This document shows positions 38,454 to 51,363 of a DNA stretch of 64,000 nt, piece after piece; within the stretch, counting starts at the first letter, position 1; every line of letters begins with the position of its first letter. Under the pieces are notes generated by a model. It was given only the letters and a program-made list of their open reading frames with translations. It made no database searches and was not told the origin of the DNA. Origin of the DNA: Amphiscolops sp. MND2022 (taxonomy: Eukaryota); NCBI GenBank assembly GCA_964187785.1, contig OZ076413.1, forward strand, positions 44,394,001 to 44,458,000. Reading direction: 5' to 3'. The position numbers and the translations under genes are program-made.

Positions 38454-40151
38454 TTAAACCTTTCCATGATGAAGGTTGTTGTCGGGGTGCTTTAAGATCA
38501 ATGTGTTTATTGGAATTTTTGTAATTTTCAGTGAGTTTTTTCTGTGCTTCGAATATTGTCCACTTCGGGGGCGGTTTTCCATGTTTGCTCCGAAGTAGCA
38601 TGTTCGTTCCTCATGTCCTGGTGCGTTACAATGCGTACAGCGCATAGCATCAGGGTCTTCTTCCAGCTTACGACGTTCAGCTAGTTTAGCGGAGTCGGCT
38701 GCCTTGTGCCCCGTGTTTTTACAATAACGACATTGGTCACCTTGCAATGTGTTGTTGGGCACTGTTTTTGGTGTTTGTTGCTCCTTTTTTGTTGTTGAGT
38801 ATTTTTGCTGTGTTGGTTTGTCTTCTGATTGTTTGTTTATTACTGTCATTTGCGTTTTAACGCCAGTGTGTTCTGATTCAAGTCCGCTTAATTCCATATC
38901 ACGTTCGAGATGTCAGACTTTGTTCATATGTCCCATTCTCAAGATAAGCTTGGTTAATAGAAAGTTTCAGGTGTGGCGGCATTTTTGCATACAAAAGACT
39001 TTCTATCATTTGTGATGCTATGTCACCAAAAGCTTTTTCGGTGCTTTCTTGTAATTCTTCTAAGAAATCCAGTAGTTTCTGGCGTTCCGGGTCAAAATCC
39101 AAGCGATGAAATCTATGCTTTGCGGATGCACTAGATTCGGGATCGACATATTTTCTACGGAACACTACCAGTATGTCTTCAGGCGTAGTTGTTGGTGTTC
39201 GTTGGATTTTTTTGAATTTTTTCAATGCTAATTCTCGCAAATGTGCGTTAAAATGTTTTATTTTTATTTCCTCAGTTAATGCAGGTTGCATTCTGAGTGT
39301 TGTGTGGAAAAGATCTTCAAAATATTCAAATCTCTCCTTTTTTTTCCAATTTACCAGTAAATGTGAGTGTATTTTTTGGGTGAAAAAGTGATGGTTGTGT
39401 GTTGCGGCTTACTAGTTTCTCAATAGCCATTGCTATTTGATTAACGGGGTCTTGCAGAATATTAAGTGGTTCAGCAATTAGATGTTCATTGTGCGTAGTT
39501 GTTGTATTGTTTGAGCTTTGACGATGAAGTGGTTTGGTAGCTCCTGTGATAATCCTCTCCTGTACGGTCTTCATTTATGACCACAGAGTCATTTAAATCT
39601 ATGTTTTGCATACCCAGAGGTTGCATTGGCGTTCTAAGTTCTTTCATATTATATGGCCTGAAAGGATTACCCTGTACTCCACTTTCCTGATTTTCTGGCT
39701 CAGGAGCGTTTTCTTCATCGCCTTCGTTACTTATGTATTTTGAGGTTCCCGCTCTCGGGGTGTTTTGCTCTTGATATCTCCTCCTTGGTACAGATTGTGT
39801 TCTTCTGATAATTTTTATCTCTTTCAGCACTTTCTCTAGTTTCTCTTCCATTTCTTTCCCTAAGTTGGCTACTTCTTCAATTGCCTTATCAGATATTCTT
39901 TGGGTCCAGATTTGCATTTCGTTTTCATTCTGCGTTCCGCTATCTAATACTGCTCCATCGTCCCTAACTAAACTAACATTTTCAAAGTTACTTAATGTTT
40001 CGATAACAGTTTCAATACCTTGTGATGTTTCTATTTCGGATGTGCTCAATTCTCTATCAAGCGAGGGTAATTGTCCTCGTCTAGATCTTCTAGTTCTTTT
40101 GTTACCCAGTTTAGTCAGGTTAAAATGCTGTTTTGGAGAGAAGAATTTCAA
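38454..40151 (-). pseudogene. gag: gag of E; first ~200 codons lie inside the 5' LTR; two CCHC knuckles
   Basis: ORF fragments 39486-40151, 39326-39574, 38899-39291 and 38454-38897 (CRYCKNTGH, CTHCNAPGHEERTC). Confidence 0.88.
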
Positions 40152-41034
40152 TTAGAATGATATGCAAAGTAAAACGAAGATGAAAATAAAGTTGGAGAAA
40201 TTGCACATAATGTTGGGTTGTCAAAGTTAGAACAAAAGTTTAAGAGGATGAAAAGAAAGGTCTGATTAGTCTGAAACGATTTTGTTGAATGATTATTTTT
40301 GCGTTTCTAACTCTTCTTTTTGATTTGAGCTAATTTTAGCAGCATGACAACCAATTTTTGGAAAGTCATGCTTACATCATAATTATGTAATCACTAAAAA
40401 TAGCACCCGATTTGGTATAAAAATAGATTTGTAAGTTACATCACTTCTATAAATTGATCCCTGCATGACGAATGTTTTCCTGCGTTTTGATTGGTCACCA
40501 CACTAACTGTACCAATCTGTTCATCGTAAATGAGGAAATTGTGACAACATGTAGTATGACTCATATGTAGTACAAGTTGTAATTCCAACACATTACTGCA
40601 CGTTTGATCAGATTGTTATGATGAATCAAACTCCCAAATGTCCTGATTAAAAGTATTGGAAATGCTAAATTATACTGCATAATGCTGCAAACTTAGTACA
40701 GGAACTCAATTAAAATACTTAAGTCAGTATGCGTTTATGCTTCATAGAAGCCGCGTATAATTTATTCATTTCACCAGAATTCGTACTAAGTGGTATTATG
40801 TGTCAAATAAGTTAACGCCTTGTAACATCTGGTAAGTTATTTATGAATGATTGTTGTTTTACAAATATGGCTAGCAATAATAACAAACAAATCCAAAAAT
40901 CGCTAGTAATCAATAGTCATACATAAATTGATACAAAATGAGTTTCATGAATTGACGAGTTTTCTGATTTTGCTGTAGATGGGTGGGTCAATTGCTATTA
41001 TCGTTGCACCCAACACAAGCCCTAGGCTGTGACA
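39545..41034 (-). repeat. 5' LTR of E (~1.49 kb)
   Basis: Sense termini TGTCACA...TATCACA, adjacent to the TSD CGTTG. Confidence 0.92.
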
Positions 41035-41039
41035 CGTTG

Positions 41040-42750
41040 CTTCTTGTTTATCTTAGGGCTTCCAAAGTTTCAAGGGCTAGACGCTTTCTTAGAAAAGTTT
41101 CTCAAGTTCCATGAAGCCTGGCTACTTTCTGTCAATTTTTCGATGCAAAAAAATTGTGCTGTGTTCAGTTACCAGCTTCATAGAGAGTTGTAACTTGTTC
41201 GTTTCTCCAAGAGCGTTTTTGACTTTCATCCATGCAGTATAAAAACCGTTATAGGTTGAAGTCGAGGATTAACTCATTGGGCCGTTTTTGATCAAAGCAT
41301 ATTTTCCAATCGTTCCAATTTACATTATCAAGTTTGTGTAGCTTGCGTTGTCTACTGGGTTTACTGGGTTATGACTTGGGGATGCCTGAATGATGAAAAG
41401 CGGACCGTGCTCTCTATTGCGGTAGCCATTGTGTAGTTCACAATGCGTATCAGTGCATATTACGTACTTGAGCTGTGTAAGCTCGTTCGTTATATCTGTC
41501 TGATCGATGACAGACTTTCCAGTCGCTGCATAAAAAGTTCCCTCAGTCTTGATCAAGATAGGTGCCTCGTTTTCCTCTAAAAAAAACTTTCAAGGGCGTC
41601 CCCACATTTGTTGTTGCGAGTATCACCCAAAAAATGTTTTTGACTTTTACGTCGCCAGCAAAAATGATGTCTCACAGTTTGTTTTCCATAGAAAAGCTTT
41701 TGGTGTCTTCAAAGCTCGTTAGGTGCTCTTTGACGTGTTCCCGGCATCTTCGAAGTGTTCTTCTGCATCAGGTGAAAGATGCCAGAAAGAAGGATAGAGT
41801 TTTGCAGTGGACAAGACAAAACACACAGGATGTTTAGCTAAGTTCAACTAATGTGGAGTAAAGTTTCGCATCAGAAAATGCTGTTCCATGTTAGCGAGGC
41901 TTGTTTGTCTCGTAGAAAATTGGGCATGGACACGTTTTGTTTGAAGTAACCTTGGATGCATGTATCAGGTACGGTTCACAATTTGTTTTCTTCAGTTGGT
42001 GCTTTTGCTGGCAGTTTGCGCATTTTGAACAGCATTTCTTCATAACCGGTACCGGCATGTGACACAGCGCGTTTACCACATTTTGGAAGGCTGTGACAAA
42101 TCTTCGCGACAATTCCATCAAAGCGTTGGCAGTTGAAAACCAAATGACGTGTATCCTTTCTTCTTGTTCTGAATTCGTTAGCTTCGGCGTACTGGTTGGT
42201 CACAAAGAGACCGTTTTGCCAAATTGATCGTTTAAACAAGTTGATTTCATCGGTGTTCAAGATAGTTTGGACTGGCTTGACAAATTGTTGTGCTTTCACA
42301 CTCGGGTAACATTTAGTTAAGAGTGTGTCCAGGTTTTCATCAGTGAATTCGAGCTGACGTGGTTAATCTTTGAACAGAAAAGATATTTTTTCCGTCTTGT
42401 TCCCGGTCTTCGGCAATTGGTTTCGGTTCCCATATTGTATGCTTCCCCACTGTCTTCTATCTCTCTTGCTTCTTCAAAAAATTCGATTCGAACGCAACTT
42501 TGTTGGCTGAGGGAATGGTTGCTGTAAGCTTTATCGATACTATCTAGCTTCTTTCAGAAGCTAAAAGGTTACAGTGATTGCTTGCTCGATTTTGGTGTTA
42601 GTCGTCAGGAAATTGTTCCATTTTCCTTTTTAGTTAGAGTGTCAAGTTTTTCGTTGATGGATTTTATTTCTTCGGTGTTCAGCACCTTCGTGCGGCATAT
42701 CCTGAACTTGCAGTAGCGGTGTACTGTGGATAAGTTGCCTATAGCCATTG
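41040..42750 (-). mobile_element. Decayed LINE, 5' part: ORF1 zinc knuckles and APE endonuclease
   Basis: FNCQRF...AKIC...KCGK...H and KCANCQQKH (41891-42299), followed by APE-like AGDVK...W and TF...GKSVID motifs (41320-41660). Confidence 0.6.
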
Positions 42751-43399
42751 TTGTCTTCAATCAGATCAGTGCGAGCTTTGGTGGAACCATTTTCGCACGA
42801 TGGTCATCAGACGGCATACGCAACTGTTAAATTGAGCAAATCTCAGTCCACAGGGCCGCTCCCAGAAAATGAAGGCTCAAAAAGCAACTCAGAAAATTGA
42901 TTTTTCGCGCCTGTGTCTGACTGTGGTTGAACGTTTCATTGATAGACGTAACCCTCGCTTTAGATCGCTTTTGCAAGATCTCACGTAGATTGTTGCAGCG
43001 CTCGAGGTCAGTGTACAGTAGATTTGTTTCCAAAACTGTGAGCAACTGTGAGAACAGAGTAGCCTAATTGTTGCGATGGACTTGTTAAGTAGCTTCAGAG
43101 ATGGTAATAGTGTGAATTTGAGACAACTGGACAACATTTTCGACGCTGTTTTTTTCGTTTTTCGCAGCACTTGGGATTTAAATCACATCCCGGTGAGATA
43201 TTTTCATTCATATTTCTTTCTATCATTTCAAGGTTTTGTTTTCTTTACTGATTATTTCACTGTGGTGGTCGTTGTGTTATGGGGAGATTGGCACACACCC
43301 AAATGTGGTATTCCTGCAATTGGTTAGGTTGACGAATATCAACGAAACCTTCAACGCAATGAAGTGTCAATTGGGGTTGAGTTTTGACAAATATCAACG

Positions 43400-45420
43400 A
43401 AACCTTCAACGCTATGAAGTGTCTGAAGCCCTCGGGGTTGATAGACTGGGCAAATTATAGGCTTTGCAACGGATGGGTTCAAAAAAATGCAACACTTTAT
43501 CAAGAACGGATGCCCGGAGCCTTGTCGATAATATATGTTGTAGGTGCTCTTTAGTGAACAGTATCCCTCGGTGTCATCATAACTTTAGACCAGACACCTT
43601 CTTCAAATCGGGCGTTTTTCACTTGAAGAGAGTTCCTGAATATTCACGGAGCCCCCTAGCTGAAAAGGTGATAACCAAACTTATTGATATTTCTGAATTC
43701 CCGTCAAATACTGCCTTGTTGTGCTTTTTGCTCTCCTCTCTAAGCTGTTTATTGGAAAAACCATCGCGAGTAGGTGAAAGTCAGAGGTTATCACTCAATG
43801 CAATTATCAACAAGCGTATTCAGGATGGTTCCACTGAGAAAAACGGAAACACGACAGAAACCGCAACGGAAAAGCGAGTTAGATCGACGTCTGCGTTCAT
43901 TTGCACTAAATTAGACGAAGGTATTGTTGAGGCCGCAATAAGAATGGCAGTAGGCGATGCTAAGATTGTAGATTTCACGGTCGACATCGACGCGGCACTC
44001 AAGGTGAAACATCCGAAGAAGAAAATAATTTTGACCTCACAGATCTCGACTGTTTTTCAACCTCTGTATTCTACGTCCACAAGACTCTCATGTCCTTTCC
44101 TCTCGGCTCTAGTGCAGATTTGGAAGGATTTTGACCCAAATTTTGAAAAATGTGACTGCCAAGTCGAACGGGCAAACTGGACTGAATTTTTCCAGAACCT
44201 TTACAAATCTTGTAAAAGTGCTTCTCGAATAAACGGTACCTTTCGAACTTCGACCGTCCTTCTTTGGTGCGAAATTAATTGCGTTGAAAGAAAAACAATG
44301 GAGACTTCGTCCTATCGCTATATGCAATACTTCTCGCCGATTGTCACTGAAGTGTTTTGATTACTACGTGAAAACATCAGGTCAAGCAAAATCAGGAAGT
44401 CGACAAGTAGATGTGGGCACTAAGAGCGGAACTAAATTGGCATCCGTTGTCTGATCGAAAACACCCAGCCCAAAGAGAAGAGAACATAATCTTGAAAATT
44501 GACATTTGAAAATGCTTTCATTTCGACAAACTGACAATTCATGCTCGAAAAAAATTTTTATATACACCCTGAAGTTTCTTAGTACTCACACGCGACGTAC
44601 AGTCAACCAATTGTCCTTTTCCGCGGTGATTCAGTAATCAAATCTTGTGAAGGGAACCAGCAAGGAGATCCTGACTCTTCAGCTTCATTTTCGGATTCTA
44701 TTCGAGATCCGATTGACAGTTTGGAGTCGAAAATAAACTTATGTTACCTCGACAATGGAAAAATACTCGATGATTACAGAACCGTTCTTTAAGATGTCAT
44801 AAACACTGAGGACGCGGAAAAAACGCTGGGACTCAAAACTAAACCAACGAAATGTGAATTTTGTTTAATTGGTGACCTCACTGGAAAACGACGATTGACA
44901 ATTTTAGCATCTTTCAAAAAATCTGGGACCAAAACACCAAAGAAAGATGAACTTCTTCTCGGTTCACCGCTCGGCCCAAAATTGCAGGCAGACTTATGAC
45001 AAAAGAAAATTATTGAGCTAGAACACGTTATTGGAACTGTTGAAAATGCTCCACCGAGAATGCTGGTCGCTTCTCAGGTCTTGCTACTTTCAATTCTTTC
45101 ATAAAGGAGACGTTGAGATCTCTCGACTTGCCTTCAATGCTCGAACCGTGTGGATTGTACCGAACTGATGGCAAGCATGACGGTGTTACCATGATTTCTT
45201 TGGGATGTCACATTTGTGGATGCACTTGCCCCCAGACAACATAATCAAGGTCCTTTTGCAACCCGGAAACTACCGCCAACGAAGCTGAACCACGTAGGTT
45301 GAAAAGTATCGCGAATTAATAGACAATGGATACGTTTTCAACTGGTGGCGATGGATGTACAAGTTTTTTAGGCGAGAGCAGTGAAATTTTCATCACGCGT
45401 CTCTGTGAAATGCTCTGCCA
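43400..45420 (+). mobile_element. Decayed non-LTR retrotransposon with RT and restriction-like endonuclease (CRE-like clade)
   Basis: Remnants RPIAICNT.RRL (~44310), QQGDP (~44660), YLDNG (~44745), LLGSPLG (~44955), RTDGK..DG (~45160) and KYREL (~45305). Confidence 0.7.
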
Positions 45421-45454
45421 AAGATCCACAGCCTAAAATCTAAATGAATAAGGA

Positions 45455-46850
45455 CTAAAAACTGAATTGTGGCGCACATTGGGTGTATGCACGCTCGTCC
45501 TCACAGTCGCAAAGACCAGCTTCCACTACGATCGCTTCGCGATTTCCGTTCCCGCAAGGTCTTTCTCCTGTTCGACCTCGCGTAGCAAGATGGGAACATA
45601 AGCGGCCCCTTGGGGCGTGAATAACGTTAAGGAACAACGTCTAAAGGAATAACGTCTAAAGTTTACTCAATATTCAGGAAAACCGTCTAAAGATTTAGAC
45701 GTTATTCCCGTTTTGTATTTAGATGTTTCTTGAGACATTCTTCCCGCTGCCACGTATTTCGATGTTCTTTTGACAATTTAGACGTATTTGCCAAGTTTAG
45801 ACGTTTCTCCCGCTTTTCAGTCGTATTTTGATGGTTTTTTAACTTTTTAAACGTATGTCAGCTTTTTACGTTACCCTCTTTTTAGACGTTATTCCAAATT
45901 TTTTGGAAATTAGTCCCGATTTTTAAGTTTTGTTTTTTTTTGTGCTGAAAAGTTCGTCCCTTGCTCTAGTTCTCAGGAATGAGTTATGAAATGATCGAAG
46001 GCCATCGAATAGGAGCCAAAGTCTGTGTGTCTGATCGCTAAATGTACCTAAATTGAAAAAAAAACGTCTAAAAATTGAAAAACTTTGCGAAAACGTCCGA
46101 AAAAAGGAATAACGAATAAAATCCAAAAAACTGCTCAAATATCCGAAAGTCATCAAAATACGACTAAAAAACGGGAAAAACGCATAGATTTGTAGAACAT
46201 CATTAAATAAAAATCTAAAACTAAAAAATGAAATAATGTATAAAACGTGCCTCTGATATATCCCCATTTCGCCTAGTGCTACGCGGCCCCATAGGGCCGC
46301 TTTTTTCCCATCTTGCTAAGCGAGGTCGAACAGGAGCAAAGACTTAGCGGGGACGGAAATCGCGAAGAGATTGTAGTGGGAGCTGGTCTTTGCGACGGTG
46401 AGGGCGAGCGTGCATACACCGCATTTGCCCCACTTTTTGATATTTTTGGTTTCGGAGAGCCTTTTTCGAAACAGGAGTATTGTCTGAAACTTTAGACGCT
46501 ACTCTCCAAAAATAATTTATTTTAGACGTTTTTTCCGTTGTGTATTTAGCTGTTATTCCTGGGATCACGTTTTTCCCGCTGCCACGTATTTCGATGTTTT
46601 TTTGACATTTTGAACGTATTTGCCAAGTTTAGACGTTATTCCCTTTTATCAGACGTGTTTTGATGTTTTTTTGACATTTTAAACGTATGTCAGTTTTAGA
46701 CGTTGTTCCTCTTTTTGGACTTTATTCCAGGTTTTTTAGAGGTTATTTCCGTTCATTTCAGATCTAGATGTTATTCCATCAAACGTTATCCCCGGTGGAC
46801 TTTTAGACGTTAGTCCTTAGACGTTATTCCTTTTCCTCAGCGGCCCCAAA
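45455..46850. repeat. Foldback/MITE-like composite with TTAGACGTT motif arrays and a ~150-bp inverted repeat
   Basis: ~45467-45612 is an inverted copy of ~46290-46434. ~45710-45910 is directly repeated at ~46540-46745. GGGGC...GCCCC ends at 45612 and 46847 carry inverted AACGTCTAA motifs. Confidence 0.65.
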
Positions 46851-47128
46851 TTACCGCGGGGCACAAAAAGAAAAAAAGACATCCGAAGGACGTTTTATAC
46901 ATTGTATCATTCCTACATTATTGGTCCTATTGTTTTTCTTCATGAATTGATGATATACAAACTCGATTCTACAAACTGTTTGTCAGTAATTTTACAAATT
47001 GGTCGTAAAAATATTATCATGGTCCAGTTCGTAGAAAAAACTCTACAAACTGGTCCTCACTTTTCTACAAATTTCATTCTTCAAACTGGTTTTCACACAC
47101 TTGTTCCATACCAGCTTCTTTTAACTTA

Positions 47129-47328
47129 NNNNNNNNNNNNNNNNNNNNNNNNNNNNNNNNNNNNNNNNNNNNNNNNNNNNNNNNNNNNNNNNNNNNNNNN
47201 NNNNNNNNNNNNNNNNNNNNNNNNNNNNNNNNNNNNNNNNNNNNNNNNNNNNNNNNNNNNNNNNNNNNNNNNNNNNNNNNNNNNNNNNNNNNNNNNNNNN
47301 NNNNNNNNNNNNNNNNNNNNNNNNNNNN
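47129..47328. other. Assembly gap (200 N)
   Basis: Run of N. True length unknown. Confidence 1.
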
Positions 47329-48046
47329 GAAACGTAGTCAGAACCAAGAAATATGACTGACAGGAATTACGTTGAGAAACGCAGTCAGAACCAAGAAATG
47401 TAACTTACAGGATTTACGTGGAAGGACGTAGTCAGAACCATAGCAACACGAATCAATTTCAAATAGAAATTGGTTGCAACGTTGAAGTTAATAACGGTAG
47501 GCGATATTGAGAGGTGGAGAAACTGTGTGTCGAACAAAGAAATATCGGATGAGAAAGTCGAGAAAAGGTGTACAACAATTGTAGAGTTGTGAAATGAATG
47601 GGAGAGAAAGAAGAATTTTCTTGGTCGCACCAATTGAGCTGTTAAAAAGTGTTGTGGTAGTTTCTTTTAGATGTTTTACTACTGACATAAGAAGTCTAAG
47701 ATTTTAACAGCAGAGTCGTCTTATCTTATACCTTGTACCTAGCTAGTTCTGAGTACAATCTATTTCTGAGATCTCAGTTCTTGAAGTGCTGGAGGAAGAC
47801 CGATTGTCAGGAAGAATTCTCAATTTCTCCGAGTAGATATGTTCTATTAACTAGGGTAGGTTTCATCAATTAACAATGTGACAGCAACAGGATGAATCGG
47901 GGTAGCTTGGTATAGGATATATTAAATGAAGTTTCTTCTAGAATAATTAGCTTCCAAATTAGATTACATTTACTAATTACTTTGGTTAAGGGTTCAGAGT
48001 ATTTCAGATTTATAGAATCTTTGAGGACATGCATTATGGCATCACA
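47329..48046 (-). mobile_element. 5' end of another family-A element: LTR 47635-48046, PBS and leader repeats, truncated by the gap
   Basis: Colinear with ~10360-11075. Intact TG...CA LTR. Confidence 0.92.
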
Positions 48047-49063
48047 GGTGGCTCTGAATACATCAACCCATCGGAAAGTGATTGACCAGGCACGAGTATG
48101 CGAGCTTTAACGTGAAGCAGGGAAAAATTTGAAATGCTTTTTAGGCCAAAAACAAAGAGAAACTTCCAGAGGGGAAAAAACAGATAAAGAAGGCATTCGA
48201 TTTTGCGAGGCTGTTCGAAAATGCGAAGATTGAAAAAAAACTGCTAATGTCGGTCGGTCATTTTGCAGTATGGCCGGACGCAAACTTTGACATCGGCCCA
48301 AAACAAAGTGATGAAAGTTTTGAAACAAAACATTGCATCTTTCCGTCTTCCGGAACTCCCAGATAGAAAACGGATCGAGCTAGTTTTTGTGTGCGAGGTG
48401 TTTTCCTGATTTTGCGAGCACGAAACTTGTCGAAAGTGCGATTACCGTGGAAATGGCAAAATTGGGCAACTAATTAGAACGCTCAATGAACGCGTTAGCG
48501 CGAACAAACAAACAAACAGTATTGACAAAGGACATATCGAGTCTGTCGTAAATCTTGTAAGCGTTCAGGGTTAGTTTAAAAAATCGCCACTCCAGAAACG
48601 GTTGGAGAGAGAGCTTAATACACTTAAAACTATTGAAGTTGAAAAACCACTGGATTCGAACCTGGACTTTCAGCTGTCGGATTTTCAGGAATACTGCGAT
48701 TCTACGGAAACAAAAGCGTCAAATACAAAAGTCTATTCTAATAAAGACATTGCCAACCTGCCGGGGCAACAAAAATGTCCAGGATAAGACCAGAAGTAAA
48801 CTGCATCAATCACCAAAACAATCCAGCATTTCATGCGAAGAAGAGATAATGAGGAGGAGAAAAGACCCTAAGAAGAAGAGAGCTCAATGCTCAAGTCATG
48901 AAATTGCGTTCGGTTTCGAAGAAGCGACGGGCTCACAAATAATAGACACTGCGTCTAGCAGCAATGACAGTGTAGTAGACTAGACGTGACTGCCAAGAAG
49001 TTGGCACAAAGTGAGAAAAAGCAGCAGTACCCATAAATGCGACGACTTCTTGGGAAATAATAT

Positions 49064-49543
49064 AACAAGACGAGAACGTCTAAAGTCGGCGCTATATCTA
49101 AGGCTCAAAAAGCGCAAAACATTTTTTTTGGAAAAAAACTTGAAATTTTCGAAAATTTTTCTCTTTCGGAAAATGTCGCACAGTGCCTAAAAATGTAAAA
49201 GGGGGACCCTTATTGATTTATAAGCATGCATTCTGTTGCAAAATAACAAAAAACTCAAAGGGGGGACCCTTTGGGACATTAAAAAATTTTCAAAAAAAAG
49301 TCGCACAGTGCCGAAAAGAATCAAAAGGACCCTTTAGTCTCGGCCGGTTTTGTAGGTTACGATAAAAATGGACCAACTGAAAGAGGGGACCCTTTGCACT
49401 ATCCTAAGTGCGCTCCCCTTTTGCTCTCCCGTATTTAGTAGTTGAACGTTAATTTTAACGTTCGTCGCTTCGAGTCTGTCTTAAATAAAACAAGACGAGA
49501 ACGCCTCAAGTCGGCGCTATATCTAAGGCTCAAAAAGCGCAAG
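49064..49543 (-). mobile_element. Helentron/DINE-1-like repeat, head-to-tail copies; second copy (from 49489) interrupted by the LTR of D
   Basis: Terminus AACAAGACGAGAACG...GTCGGCGCTATATCTAAGGCTC at 49064 and 49489. 9-bp palindrome at 49444-49463. Confidence 0.6.
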
Positions 49544-51363
49544 TGAGCTGTTAAAAAGTTGTGTGGTGGTTTCTTTTAGAAGTGTTAGTACTGACATAAG
49601 AAGTCTAAGATTTTAACAGCGGAGTCGTCTTATCTTTTATCTTGTAGCTAGCTAGTTCTGAGTACAATCTATTTCTGAGATCTCAGTTCTTGAAGTATGG
49701 GAGGAAGACTGATTGCTAGGATGAATTCTCAATTTCTCCGAGTAGATATATTCTATTAACTAGGGTAGGTTACATCAATTAACAATGTGACAGCCACAGG
49801 ATGAAGCAGGGGAGCTTGATACAGGATCTATTAAATGAATTTTCTTAGCTTCTAATGAGCTGTTAAAAAGTTTTGTTGTTGTTTCTTTTATACAAGTTAG
49901 AACTGACATAAGAAGTCTAAGATTTTAACAGCAGAGTCGTCTTATCGTTTATCTTATACTTGGTAGCTAGCTGTTTCAGAGTACAGTCTATTTCTGAGGT
50001 CTCAGTTCTTGAAGTGTTGGAAGAAGACTGATTGCTAGGAAGAATTCTCAATTTCTCCGAGTAGATATATTCTATTAACTAGGGTAGGTTACATCAATTA
50101 ATAATGTGACAGCAACAGGATAAAGCAGGGAAGTTTGATACAGGATCTATTAAATGAAGTTTCTTCTAGAGTAATTGGTTTCTAGATTCAATTAGATTTA
50201 CTAATTTCTTCGGTTAAGAGTTCAGAGTATTTCAGACTTATAAAGTCTTTGAGGACATGCATCATGGCATCACAATCAACCGGGAATTTAAAAATAAAAT
50301 TACATATATGCACTCTGAGTTTGAGGAGTTCTAGAAGTTTTTGTTATATACATGGGTGTGTTTCATGTGTGTTGTACTAAAGTTGCATGAGTTTTGTTTT
50401 GTAGAGTATCATACTTAAGGAGTGAGAACAACCTAAGACGATTTGACTTCTTACGCCATAGACGATTCAATTGGTGCAAAAAGGTTCAAACAAGTTCAAG
50501 TTCTTTCAGTTTCTTTGACTGACAAGTTCTTTGAAGTTATTGTTGACAACTATTTATTCTTTCATGTTTCTTTTTCGTACGTATCAGCCATCGGCTTGTT
50601 GAAAAAGTTTGTTTCATCAACATGAGTTAGTCAGCATGAAAAACTTTTCAAGTTGAAGAATTAAAGCGTGGAGTTGTCAATGAGTTGTGAACCAACATTG
50701 GCGGGTATGTGAACCAAAAGTGAAGAAGTTTTGAAAAGTCAAGGTTGAAGTGAGAGTTCATTTTCAACAGAAGTGAAGAGCAGAGCAGAAGCAAGAGTTG
50801 AAAAAAAACTTTGGCTATTTCAAGTTTCAAACATTTGAAAACTAGAAGTGACATTTTTTGCAAGTGACAATTTTTCAAGAGGTCTAAAGAAAATTTTGGA
50901 AAATTTTTTGGGAATGTTTTTAAAGGTTAAAGAAAAGTTATAGAACATGTTTGGTAAAAGAAAAAATTTTTGTCCAAAAATCTTAGAAAATTTCTTGTAC
51001 TGTAAGTAGGACTTGTGTTCTGTAAAAAGACGGGGATTAAAATGTATTTTGGAGTGGGTAATTAAGTAAGATAATGTTAAAGTTCGATACATAATACAAT
51101 GGGAGTAGATAATATTGCGGTTATAAGAATAATTATGGGTAAAATTTGGGAAGAATTATGGTTAATGAGGGGTAATTATACAATGGTTAGATAAGATTAA
51201 GATTATATAGCGTGAAAAGTTATAAGTATATAGCACTAGTATACTACAATTTAAACAAGATTATAGAGCACTAAGATTTAAATACAAGTAGATAGCAGTA
51301 GTCTATATTATGATGTGATTAAAATGGGTTACAGGTTATATTTAGTATAGGTGATTATACAGT

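Larger units (their letters stand above)
25121..41034 (-). mobile_element. 15.9-kb Ty3/Gypsy LTR retrotransposon E with ~7-kb 3' cargo region
   Basis: ~1.49-kb direct repeats with TG...CA ends, a 5-bp TSD CGTTG (25116-25120 and 41035-41039), and gag-pol at 33640-40151. Confidence 0.93.

Noticed and set aside
40341..40372. TGGTTGTCATGC as the PBS of element E, with a shorter 675-bp LTR
   Set aside because: The direct repeat continues 815 bp further and the TSD flanks the 1.49-kb unit. The motif is one arm of a hairpin (AGCATGAC...GTCATGCT) inside the LTR.
46902..47360. ORFs spanning the N run
   Set aside because: Artefacts of translating the assembly gap.
50648..50878. Hydrophobic 68-76-aa ORF shared by C and D (59619-59825)
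   Set aside because: It lies in sequence that is highly similar overall, so shared openness is uninformative. Not excluded, but unsupported.
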